Source: Octopus vulgaris (lineage: Eukaryota). Taken from it: a DNA stretch of 64,000 bases. The position numbers were made by a program, and so were the translations under genes. The first letter of the stretch is position 1. Each line of letters opens with the position of its first letter. The stretch is taken from contig OX597817.1 in assembly GCA_951406725.2 (NCBI GenBank), positions 74,276,001 to 74,340,000 on the forward strand, given 5' to 3'. The notes under the pieces were generated by a model. That model saw only the letters and a list, made by a program, of their open reading frames with translations, was not told the origin of the DNA and did no database searches. Below are positions 25,187-38,025 of this stretch, in pieces.

Positions 25187-25577
25187 TCTTTTACTTGTTT
25201 CAGTCATTGGACTGCAGCCATACTGGGGTACTACCTTGAAGGGTTTTAGTCAAATGAATCAACTCCAGTATTTACTTTTTTTTAAGTACTTATTCCATCA
25301 GTCCCTTATGCTGAACTACTAAATTACAAGGATGTAAACAAACCAATACTCATTGTCAAGCAGTGGTGGGGGACAAACACAAAGACATACATACTTAAGA
25401 TATACATATATATATAAAGCAGGCTTCTTTCAGCTTCCATCTACCAAATCCACTCACAAGGCTTTGGTTGGCTATAGTAGAAGAAAGACACTTGCCCAAG
25501 GTTCCACACAGTGGGAGTGAACCTGGAACCATGTGTCAAGAAAGTAAACTTCTTACCACACAGCCACACATGTACCT
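25187..25577 (-). mobile_element. SINE family B, diverged
   Basis: Reverse-complement similarity to family B. Confidence 0.8.
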
Positions 25578-25632
25578 ATAGTGTGTGTGTGTGTGTGTGT
25601 TAAAAGGACCAGTTTCTAAGACAGTAACTTAC

Positions 25633-25830
25633 AGATTTTCATTGTCTTCATTCTCTGTAGACTTTGATCTCATTTTGGCAATTTCATCTTCACTGATTAC
25701 AGCAAAATCAGAAGAATTCTCCCAGATGTTAGATGTGTCTGCATCAACAACTTTGTCACAAGATTCTGCAGCATCATTTTCTGCAGCAACAGGGGTCTTT
25801 TCTGCTGCATCTGTTTCATCTTCTGGTATC
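25633..25830 (-). CDS. FYCO1: FYCO1 exon containing the LIR motif
   Basis: ag|IPEDETDAAE...WENSSDFAVISEDEIAKMRSKSTENEDNEN|gtaagt; 198 nt. Confidence 0.9.
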
Positions 25831-25976
25831 CTGCACAAACAAAACAAGAATCATTTTTAGAACATATATAAATCCAGTAGAACTTACATGTTATAGAAGG
25901 TATTTCCCATATGAAAGAAAAAGAGTAAACACACATACAAACAAATATATGAACATATGAGCACACTATAATTTGC

Positions 25977-26365
25977 AGCTGATCTCTAAGAACCGTTAGC
26001 ATGCCGGGCGAAATGCGTAGCCGTATTTCGTCTGCCATTACGTTCTGAGTTCAAATTCTGCCGAGGTCAACTTTGCCTTTCATCCTTTCGGGGTCGATAA
26101 ATTAAGTACCAGTTAAGCACTGGGGTCGATATAATCGACTTAATCCGTTTGTCTGTCCTTGTTTGTCCTCTCTGTGTTTAGCCCCTTGTGGGTAGTAAAG
26201 AAATAGGTATTTCTTCTGTCTTTACATTCTGAGTTCAAATTCCGCTGAGGTCAACTTTGCCTTTCATCCTTTCGGGGTCAATAAATTAAGTACCAGTTGC
26301 GTACTGGGGTCGACTGGCTTCCTCCCCCAGAATTTAGGGCTTTGTGCCTAGAGTAGAAAAGAATT
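25977..26365 (+). mobile_element. SINE family C dimer
   Basis: Matches the 7214 family. Confidence 0.85.
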
Positions 26366-26366
26366 A

Positions 26367-26842
26367 TGGAGGGAATCTGTGGAAGGGGTCGGCCCAGGAA
26401 GACGTGGAATGAAGTGGTGAGAATGGATCTTCAAACGCTGGGCTTCACTGAAGAGATGACAAGGAACTGGGACTTGTGACAATTTGTTATATATGAGAAG
26501 ACATGTCAAGCTAAGTAAAATCATGGCCATCCATACATACAGGCATGCCCTTTATGGCCATGCCCCTATTCCTTCTCCTAGAAGAGAGGTCTTTCTCCTG
26601 CACATGCCAGTGCCATGTAAAATGCACTTGTACTGTCACCATGTAAATGCACCCATGCAGGCTACATGTAAAAAAGCACCCATCATACTCTGTAAAGTGG
26701 TTGGTGTCAGGAAAGGCATCCAACTGTAGAAACCATGCCAAAACAGACGATTGGAGCCTGGATAGCTTTCCAACTGACTATCTCCTGTCAAACCATCCAA
26801 CCCATGCCAGCATGGAAAATGGATGTTAAACGATGATGATGA
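26367..26842 (+). mobile_element. RTE-clade LINE 3' end (ORF C-terminus plus 3'UTR)
   Basis: GICGRGRPRKTWNEVVRMDLQTLGFTEEMTRNWDL*...EKTCQAK* runs directly into family D sequence and a (GAT)n tail. Confidence 0.8.
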
Positions 26843-27604
26843 ACAAGTGGACCTTCACAAGGTTGCTCAAATGGCTAAAAACTCTTTCTAATTTTGACGT
26901 TAGGCCAGCAATTTTGAAGTGAAGGGCAAGTCAACCACATCGACTCCAATACTCTGCCGGTATTTATTTTATCAACACTAAAAGGATAAAATGCAAGTTG
27001 AGTTTCACAGAATTTGAACTCAAAATGTAGTGAGCTGAAATGCCACTAAGCATTTTTGTCAGACACACTAATGATTCTGCCAGCTTGCTGCCTTGTAATT
27101 CTTCCTAATTTTGGCACAAGGCCAGTAATTTTGAAAGCTGGGAGTGGATAGTCAATTATATTGACCCTAGTGTTCCACTGGTACTTATTTTATTGACTTA
27201 GAAAAGATGAAAACCAGGGTTGACCACAACAGAATTTGAATTCAGAATGAAAAGAGCTGAAAGAAATGTTCCAAGCATTTTGATTGTCATGATTTTGCCA
27301 ACTCACCACTGCCAAATTGCTAAAAGTAGGAGTCAAACATACCTCATATCATACAAGAACACATGATATAAACTATATACGAAATAATAAAGTTAGGATG
27401 ATCACAGCAAGAATGCTGTCAGTCATAGGTCTCAAACAAAACTAATAAGGGATTAACAGCAATAACAACATAATTAAGATGTCATTGATCAAATAAAAAT
27501 CATTAATTTACAAAAAGAAAAATTCTCTATACAAGAAAAATCAAGAGGTGATTCATATAATGTTACAATAGGGAGGCTGAAGAGAAAAATCTCTTATAAC
27601 ATAC

Positions 27605-27725
27605 TTTTCTTCAACAGAATTATCACTAGAGCCATTCTTTGTTACACCACCAGAAGCAAACGATAATGAAGACTGGCCAATTTCAGAATTTTGGTCTTGC
27701 AAACTATCCATGTCATCAGTATGAT
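27605..27725 (-). CDS. FYCO1: FYCO1 exon
   Basis: ag|(D)HTDDMDSLQDQNSEIGQSSLSFASGGVTKNGSSDNSVEE|gtatgt; 121 nt; phases match the neighbouring exons. Confidence 0.85.
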
Positions 27726-27989
27726 CTGAAATCAATAAAATAATAGAGATAATAAAAGGCAGATACAAAACAAAAATTAGATCAAATTGGAAAATAAGAG
27801 ATGATATAATACTATTTTCTTCTATCCAATACTGTCAGTTCTCAGTCTTTATAGCCAATGTTGAAGGTCCACAGTGAAGGTATCAAAATGTCTTTGTGAT
27901 GTTTTTTTGTTTTGATTTCCTCAGAAGAATTTACTGTACTGGAGTCCACTGTAAAACACCTTCTTCAGGAGCTGTTACTCTGGCATACA

Positions 27990-28265
27990 ACTGGGGAAGG
28001 TCATGTGGTTTGTATGCCAGAATCATTTGGATGCTAGGCAGTTCAGCATGAGAGAATGCTACTGTGTCAGAAATTCTGTCCTGCCACTTGATTACAAGAA
28101 TTTTTTTGAGACAGGTGGTATGGAAATAGTTTAGTTTCTCCCATAGCACCTACATATCATGTTAGTAGAGAGCTTATGTTTCACAGCTATAAGGCAGAGT
28201 GGTGGAAACTGTGGCTTGGTACTCTTTGATTTTTGCCTTTAGAGTGATGCCTCTTCTATTCCAGA
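27990..28265 (-). pseudogene. Degenerate RTE-like reverse transcriptase C-terminal fragment
   Basis: WNRRGITLKAKIKEYQATVSTTLPYSCET*...LNYFHTTCLKKILVIKWQDRISDT...ELPSI. Confidence 0.8.
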
Positions 28266-28597
28266 ATTCTTTATACTATACACACAAGGCCTGAAATTTT
28301 GTAGGAGGGAAGCTAGTTGATTACATCAACTCCAGTGTTTGACTGGTACTTATTTCATCGACCACAAGAGGACAGAAAGCAAAGTCAACCTTGGTGGAAT
28401 TTTAACTTAGAATTTAAAGCCAGAAGAAATGCTATGAAGTATTTTGTCCAACATGCTAAAAATTATGTCAGCTAACCAACTACCAGAATGTGAAATACAT
28501 GGCATAAGTGGTTCAGTCATTATAGATCATAACACACATTTTCTTAATTATGAAAACCACATTAAAAACACTACTGTAGAACAAAATGAGAACTTAC

Positions 28598-28776
28598 CAA
28601 GCATATCCGAAACATCACTGGCTGATTCACTCCATTTTGTACTGCGTCGATAGGAGGAACTCTCAGACAGTTCTTTGTCTTCTTCTTCACTCTCAACATA
28701 GAGAATAGGATTGGCACTATCTTCAGACTGCTCCTTCTGGAGTTGGTAACATTTCTCACAAGCTCTCATTTTCTTA
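28598..28776 (-). CDS. FYCO1: FYCO1 exon (end of FYVE domain)
   Basis: ag|KKMRACEKCYQLQKEQ...SDVSDML|gtaagt; 179 nt. Confidence 0.93.
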
Positions 28777-29188
28777 CTGTTAATTAATTAAACAAGTAAA
28801 TTTTTCTACAGTTAAATTCATGTCATTGTTATTGTATGCTATGAATATAAAAGCTCTAAAGTGCAGAAACAACAACAACATAAGTAAACAGAGTGGTAAC
28901 AACACATATCAAGCAACAACAACAAAATACAATATATATGTAATAAAAATAAATAATTCAGTAATTATCTCTTTTCTTTTACTTATTTCAACATTAAGAA
29001 TTATGATACGTTTTATTTAGGTAATTTTGGTATTAATAATATGTATTATGATAATACAGAACATAAATATAATAATAGACTAAATAAGATGAAATTTAAT
29101 TCATTTAATGATAATAATACATTTAATAATAATATAAAAAATAAATATAATATAATAAAATATAATAAAATAAATATAATAACAAAAT

Positions 29189-30737
29189 TTGGTTAATTAT
29201 TCCTTATGGAGCTCAAGTTAAAACAAACATTATTAAAGAGATTTTAACTATAATTGAAGTATTCATTATAGATAATAAAAAATATTATAACATTCTTTAC
29301 TAGTAATAATTTTGGAGTTGGTTATTCTACTACTAATAATTTAGGTAACATTATTTCTTCTTTTAATAGATATAAGCTGAATAAGTTTTACAAAAACAAA
29401 TCAAATAATTACTCCAATAATAATAATAATATAATTAATCGTATGTGTAGAGATAAAACTAGATGTAAATTTAATAATAAATGCAATTTCGATGATGTAG
29501 TATATAAATGTGTAGTGACTTTGATTGATGATAATAATAGGAATGGTTATAATTTAAATGCAATTTACATAGGGTTGACTTCTAATAAAATTAAATTACG
29601 GGTAGCTCAACACATGAATTCTTTTAAGAATAGAAATTTAATTAATTCTACTGGCCTTAGTAAATATATATGGGAACTAAAATCTAAAAATATTAAGTAC
29701 TATTTAAATTGGGAGATAGTTTGTAAGGCAAAATCATATCGAATAGGTAATAATTTTTGTTTATTATGCACTAACAAATTCAAGGAGATATTATTAACTA
29801 ATAATAAAAATTTGATTAATTCCCTAAACGAACGAAAAATTAAATATAGACATAAATTAAATTACTTATATATGTTTAGCTAATTTGTATATATATATAT
29901 ATAAACCCTGTTTTTATCTTACTAATTGTAGTTATAATTTGTAGTAGTAAAATGTGTATAAATTAGTACGAGATTATATAGTCAATATTACATAATTAGA
30001 ATAAGTTGAAAATTAGATGTTTATAAAATAAATAAATTAATTAATGAAAATAGATTTAAGTATAGAATTTTAGCTTAATTTATGTTTATTATATTATGTA
30101 TTTTACATATTTAGTACTTAAATTATTTATACTTTACAATTTTTCCAGTTAATAGTATATTAAAGTTAATTTTTTTCTTGTTCTTACAGCTAAAATACAT
30201 TTGTAATTTTAATAGCTTAAATACATATTTCAATCTGCTTCTTCTATAAATTCTATTTACGCCATATTTTCACGCGATATATTTCTTATGAATGCTAAGT
30301 TTGACGTTTTACGTTTAAATTTTTAGTTAACAAAAATCCTTCGACAAGATGTTATATTTTTATTTTAAGTAATATTGTTAAATGCTTTTCGATTATTTAT
30401 AGTTAATACATGTATTTTTTTTTATTTATTTGATAATTAGTATAAGTTAAGATAAGTACATTTATTCTATTATTTTTTATTATCTTAGACCTAATGAGTG
30501 ACTATATTTTTAAATAAAATTAATTTTAGTTTGATCTAATTTTAAATCGAATTGATTTTTTTTATTATTATTATCTATTTGAAAATATAGCCATGAAACG
30601 TGCGTAGTCTTTTTACTACTATTTACTATTTATTGTACTTTATTGATTTTTAAAATAAGGTTTTTTATAGTATATGTTTTCTATATGGTGTGAATAACAT
30701 ATTTCTTTATTGAATTGTTTAATAGATGTTTGTCTCT

Positions 30738-30741
<4 letters not shown>
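29189..30741 (+). mobile_element. 5'-truncated, extremely AT-rich Penelope-like element (linker, GIY-YIG endonuclease, 3' pLTR with hammerhead)
   Basis: Linker WLIIPYGAQVKTNI.../...GVGYSTTNNLGNII with one frameshift. ORF 29443-29883 has CRDKTRC...C...VVYKC...YIGLT...R...H..SF...STGLSKYIWELK...CLLC. HHR at 30487; ends at (TA)n. Confidence 0.88.
30487..30610 (+). ncRNA. Type I hammerhead motif with a long stem II in the PLE 3' end (core CUAAUGA)
   Basis: agac-CTAATGA-[gtgactatatttttaaata...tatttgaaaatatagccat; 18 of 19 positions pair]-GAAA-c-gtgc-g-TA-gtct. Confidence 0.75.
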
Positions 30742-30786
<45 letters not shown>

Positions 30787-31316
30787 ATGATAATAATAAT
30801 AATCTATGGATGGAATTTATAAATATTTTAATGCCATAGATTATTATCATTATTACTATATTTATCCTACATCATATTGGCACAGCTTGGTACAAGCCCC
30901 AAAAAGCTGCTATTTCCAGTTTGTATCATTAGGCTGAAGCTAGCATAATAAAATAGGAGCTTTTATATGCATATTCAAAATATTTCCCATAAACGAACTC
31001 AAAGGATATATATATAAATATAAAAGCTTTATTTCCCTTCTCTTTCATTTTCTACACAAACATATATATAATATAACATAATATAATATATATGTTCACA
31101 TAAATACAAAAGATGTTTAAAACTGTCTATTGCAAATAGTAATGGCTGACACCTACATACCTACTCTATAGTATGAAATAGCATTGAAATAAACTTTGTT
31201 TGCACACAAGTAATCCTTTAACTGTAATTTCAATACAATAATTAAATAATTACATAGTAACTACAATAATTATACTCTAATTAGAAAGTAGGAACTGATT
31301 AAGAGGTGTTTCTTAC

Positions 31317-31390
31317 CTGCTGTGAGCTGTCATTATTTGGCGACTAGTACAGTTGTGGCAGTAAATTCCTCCACAGAGCCGACAATGGTG
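31317..31390 (-). CDS. FYCO1: FYCO1 exon (FYVE core)
   Basis: ag|HHCRLCGGIYCHNCTSRQIMTAHS|gtaaga; 74 nt. Confidence 0.95.
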
Positions 31391-31530
31391 CTAAATAGTA
31401 GAAAAGAGAGGGACTTATTATCTATTATATAAAGACATCAGTTCTAAAACAACTGCAAACTATAGCTTATATATATGTATGTATTTCATATCTTATCTAG
31501 AATAACTATTGCTTAAACATTCTCTCACAC

Positions 31531-31580
31531 CATATCTGATGAAGGGATATATAAAATATCCCAGAAACAGCTGTAAGACC
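31531..31580 (+). ncRNA. Type I hammerhead motif with intact core and degenerate stem I
   Basis: CTGATGA-a-gggatat-ataaa-atatccc-a-GAAA-c-agct-g-TA. Stem II is 7 bp and loop III is the palindrome AGCT. Confidence 0.72.
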
Positions 31581-32203
31581 TTCTATTTATAAATGTTTTT
31601 AAATCTTTCACAGCCTTGGGTTTTTATTTCATTCTGTTAATTTATATATATATATATATATATTGTGTGTGCGTGTGTGTGTGTATTTATATATATATAT
31701 ATATACCGAGCCCATGGATGCTGGTGCCACGTAAAAAGCACCCATGCCAGTGCCACATAAAAGCACCCATGCTGATGCTGCATAAATGCACTCAGTACAC
31801 TCTGTAATGTGGTTGGCATTAGGAAGGGCATCAAGCTGTAGAATCCATGCCAAAACAGACATGGAGCCCAGGCAGCTCTCCAGCTGGTCTCCTTCTATCA
31901 AACCATTCAACCCATGCCATCATGGAAAATGGATGTTAAATGATGATGATGATGATGATGGTTAGTCCACATTACTCTGTAAGGAGCAGAGGGTTGGTTT
32001 CCTGGTTTCTCTGGTGTATATATTCCTCCCAGGACAGGATACCCGTCTGTTGCAGGATTACTCGTTTTTATCAGTTGAGTGTACTGGAGCAGCATGGAAT
32101 GAAGTGTTGTGCTCAAGAACACAATGCATTGCCCAGTCCAGGAACTGAAACCACGATCTTTTAATCATGAGTCCAACAACCCAACCACTACTCCATACAA
32201 CAC

Positions 32204-32260
<57 letters not shown>

Positions 32261-32452
32261 TATATATATAGACACAACATAGGTGCAGGTGTGGTATAGG
32301 CAAAGGTGTGGCTGTGTGGTTGAGAAGCATATTTCCCAACCATATGATCTCAGGTTCAGTTTCACAACATAGCACCTTAGGCTAGTGCCCCACCCCACTC
32401 CAAATAGAAAAGAAAGGAAGAAATTAATATAGAAGAACAGTTGAAAGCTTAC

Positions 32453-32591
32453 TTTTCGTAGAGTAAATGAAAATACAGCATTACAGCCTAGACAGTTGTT
32501 AACTTCATTATTGTCCATCCACTTATTATTTGCTTCTAATCTCCGATGGTAAGCAAGTTTATCAGTCTGCTTCCACAGATGATCTTTCTCT
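32453..32591 (-). CDS. FYCO1: FYCO1 exon (start of FYVE domain)
   Basis: ag|EKDHLWKQTDKLAYHRRLEANNKWMDNNEVNNCLGCNAVFSFTLRK|gtaagc; 139 nt. Confidence 0.95.
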
Positions 32592-34139
32592 CTGTAAGAT
32601 ACAAAATGAAGATAACTTCATTCAAACATTGTAAAAATGAAAAAAAAAACATCTTTATATGTATACTTCCCAAATAATAATAGTTACCACTGTTCTGTTT
32701 ATGCCCAGTGCTCCTTAATCTTTTATTGATAGTATATATATATAATAAAAAAATTTGCCTTCTTGAGTCATACCAACTCATAAAGGTTGGTTTCCTGGTT
32801 TCCATGACATATATATATATTCCCCACCTGGACGAGACGCTGGTCTGTTGCAGGATTACTCATTTTTTTCAGTGGAGTGGACTGGAGCAACATGAAATAA
32901 AGTGTTTAGCTCAAGAACACAAGATGCCCAGTCCAGGAAATGAAACCACAATCTTACAATCATGAGACTGACTGTATATTATGAACTTTGATTACTCGTA
33001 ACATCCATAAATTTTGTGACTTGGAAGATGGTAGTCATAGTATATGTGTGCTTGTGCTATTCTTGTCTTTTATATAGTTTAGACTAGTGGTACTCAAACA
33101 TTACTTGGCAAAGATGTATCTTGGTGCACCATGGATTTTTAACAAAATTGAAGCTTTACAAAAGTCAAACTAATGCTTGAGCATCTTGATGAAAAAAAAA
33201 TAAACATTAAAAAAATTACTATTATTTATAATTTTATTGTACACAAATTGAACCAAATTCGATGACTGGCACCTGTGCCAGTGGAGTACTAACAGCTCCA
33301 TCTAATTGGGATTACTGCCAGAGCGGCTATCTGGCTTTCATGCCGGTGACACATAAAAAGCACCATTTGAGCGTGATCATTACCAGCATCTCCTTACTGG
33401 CACTTGTGCTAGTGGCACGTGAAAAAACATTCAAGCGAGGTCGTTGCCAGTGCCACTGGAATGGCTCCTGTGCAGGTGGCACGTAAAAAACACCATCTGA
33501 GTGTGGCTGTTGCCAGTACTGCCTGACTGGCCCTCATGCCAGTGGCACATAAAAGCACTCACTACACTCTCGAAGTGGTTGGCGTTAGGAAGGGCATCCA
33601 GCTGTAGAAACTCTGCCAGATCAGATTGGAGCCTAGCGCAGCCATCTGGTCGCCAGTCCTCAGTCAAATTGTCCAACCCATACTAGCATGGAAAGTGGAC
33701 GTTAAATGATAATGATGATGAGTAGGGAGTCAAACAGACACAAAGACACACGCATACACATATTTATGACAGACTTTTTGTCAGTTTCCATCTACCAAAT
33801 CCACTCACAAGGCTTTGATTTAAATGAAGCTATAGTAGAAGACACTTGCCCAAGGTGTCATGCAGTGAGACTGAACCTGGAATCATGTAGTTGGAAACCA
33901 AACTTCTTACCACACAGTCTCTTCACAAACAACAAAACAAAAAAAACTATCAATTTAATTCCTGCAAAACACATCTTTAGAATCATGGCTCCCTAAATCT
34001 AACATAGACCTACTTCTGCAATTAAATATAGCCTAGAATGAAAAACAATTTATTTATGACCAAAAAGATTTATAAATTCTTTTTTTTTTCTCAAAAAATG
34101 TATTTCAAGTTGAAATATACTGGTCAACAATTTTGTTAA

Positions 34140-34490
34140 TTGGTGACACATAGAAGGTACCTGTGCTAGTGACATGTAAAAGGCACTCATGCCAGTGATA
34201 CGTACATGACACCTGTGCCAGTGACACATAAAGGGCACCTGTGCCAGTGACATATAAAAGGTACTCTTGCTGGTGACACATACATAGCATCCATGCCAGT
34301 GACACTCAGAGGGCACCCATGCTAGTGACACATTAAAGGCACCCATGACAGTGACATGTAAAAGCACCCATGCCAGTAACACGTGAAAGCACCCATGCCA
34401 GTGACATGTTAAAGGCACCCATGTCAGTGACACATAAAAAGCACCTGTACCAGTGACACATATCAGTGATACATAAAAAAAACCCTGTAC
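34140..34490. repeat. ~23-24-bp minisatellite inside a family D copy
   Basis: Unit gcacccatgccagtgacacataaa repeated about 14 times. Confidence 0.9.
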
Positions 34491-34913
34491 ACTCTATGGA
34501 GTGGTTGGTGTTTGGAAAGGCATCAAACCATAGAAACCAAGCCGAAATAAACTAGAGCCTGGTGCAGCTCTCTGGCCTACCAGTGCCACAAACTATTTAA
34601 CCCATGCCAGCATGGAAAACAGATGCAAAATGATGATGATGACGATTACGACAATGATAATGATGATGATGATAACCATTAATTAATCGCATCAAACATC
34701 AATACTTGACTAGTATTTTATTTTATTGACTCCAGACGGATGAAAGGCAATATTGACTTTGTTGAAATTTGAACTAAGAATGTAGAGAACCAGAAGAAAT
34801 AAATATCACGGGGCATTTTGTCTGATGCCTTAACAATTCTGCATGCCTTAGTGTCGCTAATACAAAATACCTTGGTTATTGTAAAAGGAATATAAATTTT
34901 AAAATATATCTAC

Positions 34914-35020
34914 CGTGTTAACTTGATGACTCTCTTCCTTAAATCCTTCAAGTCCATCTGTAAGATAATTATCTCTTGATCTTTCTGTTTTATCAAGTTT
35001 ACATTTTGAATGTGTTCTGC
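34914..35020 (-). CDS. FYCO1: FYCO1 exon (coiled coil)
   Basis: ag|AEHIQNVNLIKQKDQEIIILQMDLKDLRKRVIKLT|gtagat; 107 nt. Confidence 0.9.
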
Positions 35021-35121
35021 CTAAAAAAGTAAAAAACAAAAAAAAAAACAATTAAAAATTGCCATTTTATATATATATATATATATTTAGTATAACATTA
35101 ATATAACACATGTGTGTGAGA

Positions 35122-35168
<47 letters not shown>

Positions 35169-36031
35169 ACATAATATGTATATATGTTTTGGCATTAGGA
35201 AGAGCATCCAGCCATAGAAAGCATGCCAAAACAGACAATTGGAGCCTGGTGCAGCTCTCTGGCTTGCTACCTCATGTCAAACCATCTAAACCATGCTAGC
35301 ATGAAAAAGAGGTGAATGGATGTTAAATGATGGCGATGATAATGATGATGCATATATAATATATATACACATACAAACATATATTATATATATATCTATA
35401 TATATAAAACTCAACTTGTGTGTCTGTGTGTGTATCTGTGTGTGTGTCTGTGTGTTTAACTTCCCGGCACACACACATATAATTGTTCCAAATATTAGCT
35501 TTAATAATGACAAAAGTTATTTTAGTAAATTCTTCATTATTTTAAAAATACTTAATTGAAACAAAGGTAGTGCATTTCAGAAGAGATATGGTAACAAAAG
35601 GATTAATAATGAAAAAGTTATTTTACTAAATGCTTAATTATTTTAAAACTTAATTGAAATAAAGGTAGTACATTTCAACAGAAATATGGTGACATAAGTG
35701 TGAAAAGAAAACAGTAGAATCCAAGGATACTAGTAGTAGTCTGCATTACCATAGATCAAATATATAAAAAAAATTATCAAAGTGGAATTAGATAATAGCC
35801 TGCAAAGGAGAAAATAATTCTGACATCTTGCATAAGATACTTTGTTAAAGAGAGGGATAGATAAAATACATGCTAGTAATGACAGATAATTTATTTAATA
35901 ACTACATTATGTAAACTATCTAAATATGATTATCTAAATTATATCTAATTAATATCACTTACACAATCTAAATATTAGATAATTAGACAGTCTAATATTT
36001 TCATTGCTCATAATTAAAACAGGTTTATTAA

Positions 36032-36250
36032 CCCTTTAGCATTTAAACAATCACATCTGGCCCAAATATTGTACCTGTTTTATGATGAAACTGACCAAAT
36101 CTGGCCTCTCACTCCTTTTCTACAATGTCAGTGTACAAATAAACAATGACATGATCAAAATCTCAAAGCTATAAAATGATGCATGATTATTTCAAAACAA
36201 TTTGAATAAATAAATATTACAGTTGACAGAGTAGTCCGAATGCTTAAGGG
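36032..36250. mobile_element. piggyBac-like MITE
   Basis: TTAA-flanked, CCCTT/AAGGG termini; same family as 23985. Confidence 0.8.
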
Positions 36251-38025
36251 TTAAATATGCAGGGTAGCAGCTATTACTGGGAATTAACTTACCTTTGATG
36301 GTCTTAAATTATTATAAAATATTATGAAAGACAGAAAATTGGAAAAGATTCACGAGCTACTATCAAAACATTAAAAACATTGCAAGAAAGAGTGAGGTAA
36401 TATCAGGAAATTTCAGGTAAAGGAGGGAACAAAAGTGGGTGACTAACACTTTAAAATTCTAAACAGGAATTAGCTTTTCTACCTTCTTGGATGATTAATA
36501 TAAGAAGACAACCAACTGTAGAATCTGTGTTGATTTACATAGTTATGAGAAAAAGTATTGATGTCTTAAAATAATTTGTAGGCTGTATTCAAACCAGCAA
36601 AACTTTAAACAACAAAGTATTTATTCATTCTTAATACATTCTAGCAAATTCAAACATGAAGTTGAAACACTACAGTATTTTAAAGGTCTTTCATCCTAAT
36701 GAACTGAGTATGTTATGAAGACACATCTTCTAAAGGGAAGAGGCATTCGCTGATAACAAAATACACTAGAAATCAGTATAGTTACATTCAAATCTGCCAG
36801 AACATATTAAGAATGGATAGATATGTTATTGTTTATATTTTCACTGTTTTGCATGCACCTAATGAATAATTATCAGTTTGGTAGATGCATCAGCAATAAT
36901 TTTTTTGTTGATTTATATAAGCAAAAGCTTGTACACTTGTTTAGATTCATTGATCTAATGTTGCCTGGACCAAAGAAACACAATAAGGCTAAAACATCCT
37001 AGTGTCTTAAAACCCCTTACATCTGTGAATTGCATATATTATGAATACACATCATCTAAAGAGAATAGTTGCTCTTCAATGACAAAATACAACAGTAATC
37101 AGCAGATTCATGTTCAAATCTGTATATTAAGAATGAAAATATGTTATTGATATCCTATTTCTTGACTTCGATTTCAATTCTATTGAAGAATACAAATTAA
37201 ATTTTGCATCCTTAACTGCTAAATGTGACGAAACTTAAAATCATTAAATACAAACTGGAACCTGAAGAAACTAGGGGTGGTCTGTGACAGAAAATTCAGC
37301 TAATAAAATCGGCACACCTGAAGAAAAGTTTATGCTGTATGGAGACATAATATTTAGTGTTGCATACAGGTCTTTTCCAAACTTATCAATCATTAGATGA
37401 AAACTAGTGGGCAAAATTTAATTTACAAATTCAGTTAAGTTTGTATGACACACTAGTAACATTTCTAGCAGAACCCTTTGGAATGAAAAGAATAAGAAGA
37501 ATAAGCAGCAAACTAAAATATATATTGTGGTCAGTACAATTAACTAAACACTTGATAGTGGCCCAGCAAAGTTGTCATTCAACAACTCAGTAAAAAAATA
37601 AAAGAATATACAGTGCCTGTCTATTTATAAGCAAGTTTATTAATTAGCAAATTGGCAACTATAAATTTACCAAAATGATATAATAATTGACTTCAGATCT
37701 AATTTTATGCAAATGTGTGTGTGTGTGTGTATTTAGAGGTTAAAAAAAACCACCTTAAGGGATAGAAAATATCCAATGAATAACTGGTCTGTTAAGATGT
37801 TTTGGAAGAATAACATGTAATAATCTAACAATATGTAATAACATAGCAATATGTCTTTTTTACTCTTCTGACAAGATTTTGCCCAATAAAATATTTTAAT
37901 TACTGGAATTTAATTCTTTTTGGCAAATTCAAAACAGTTGTAAGTGAACATGTTGAATTTTTGCAGTTAATAAATTATATCAATGCTACTTCTCCATTTT
38001 CTGGATTTTAATTTGAACATACATA

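Noticed and set aside
34140-34490. CRISPR-like periodicity (also at 18520-18720)
   Set aside because: Head-to-tail minisatellites without unique spacers, inside a eukaryotic retroelement.
36293-36302. Possible 10-nt microexon (ttaag|ACCATCAAAG|gtaagt) in FYCO1
   Set aside because: The donor is strong, but the exon would shift the frame between phase-0 exons and the polypyrimidine tract is weak. It cannot be supported without RNA-seq.
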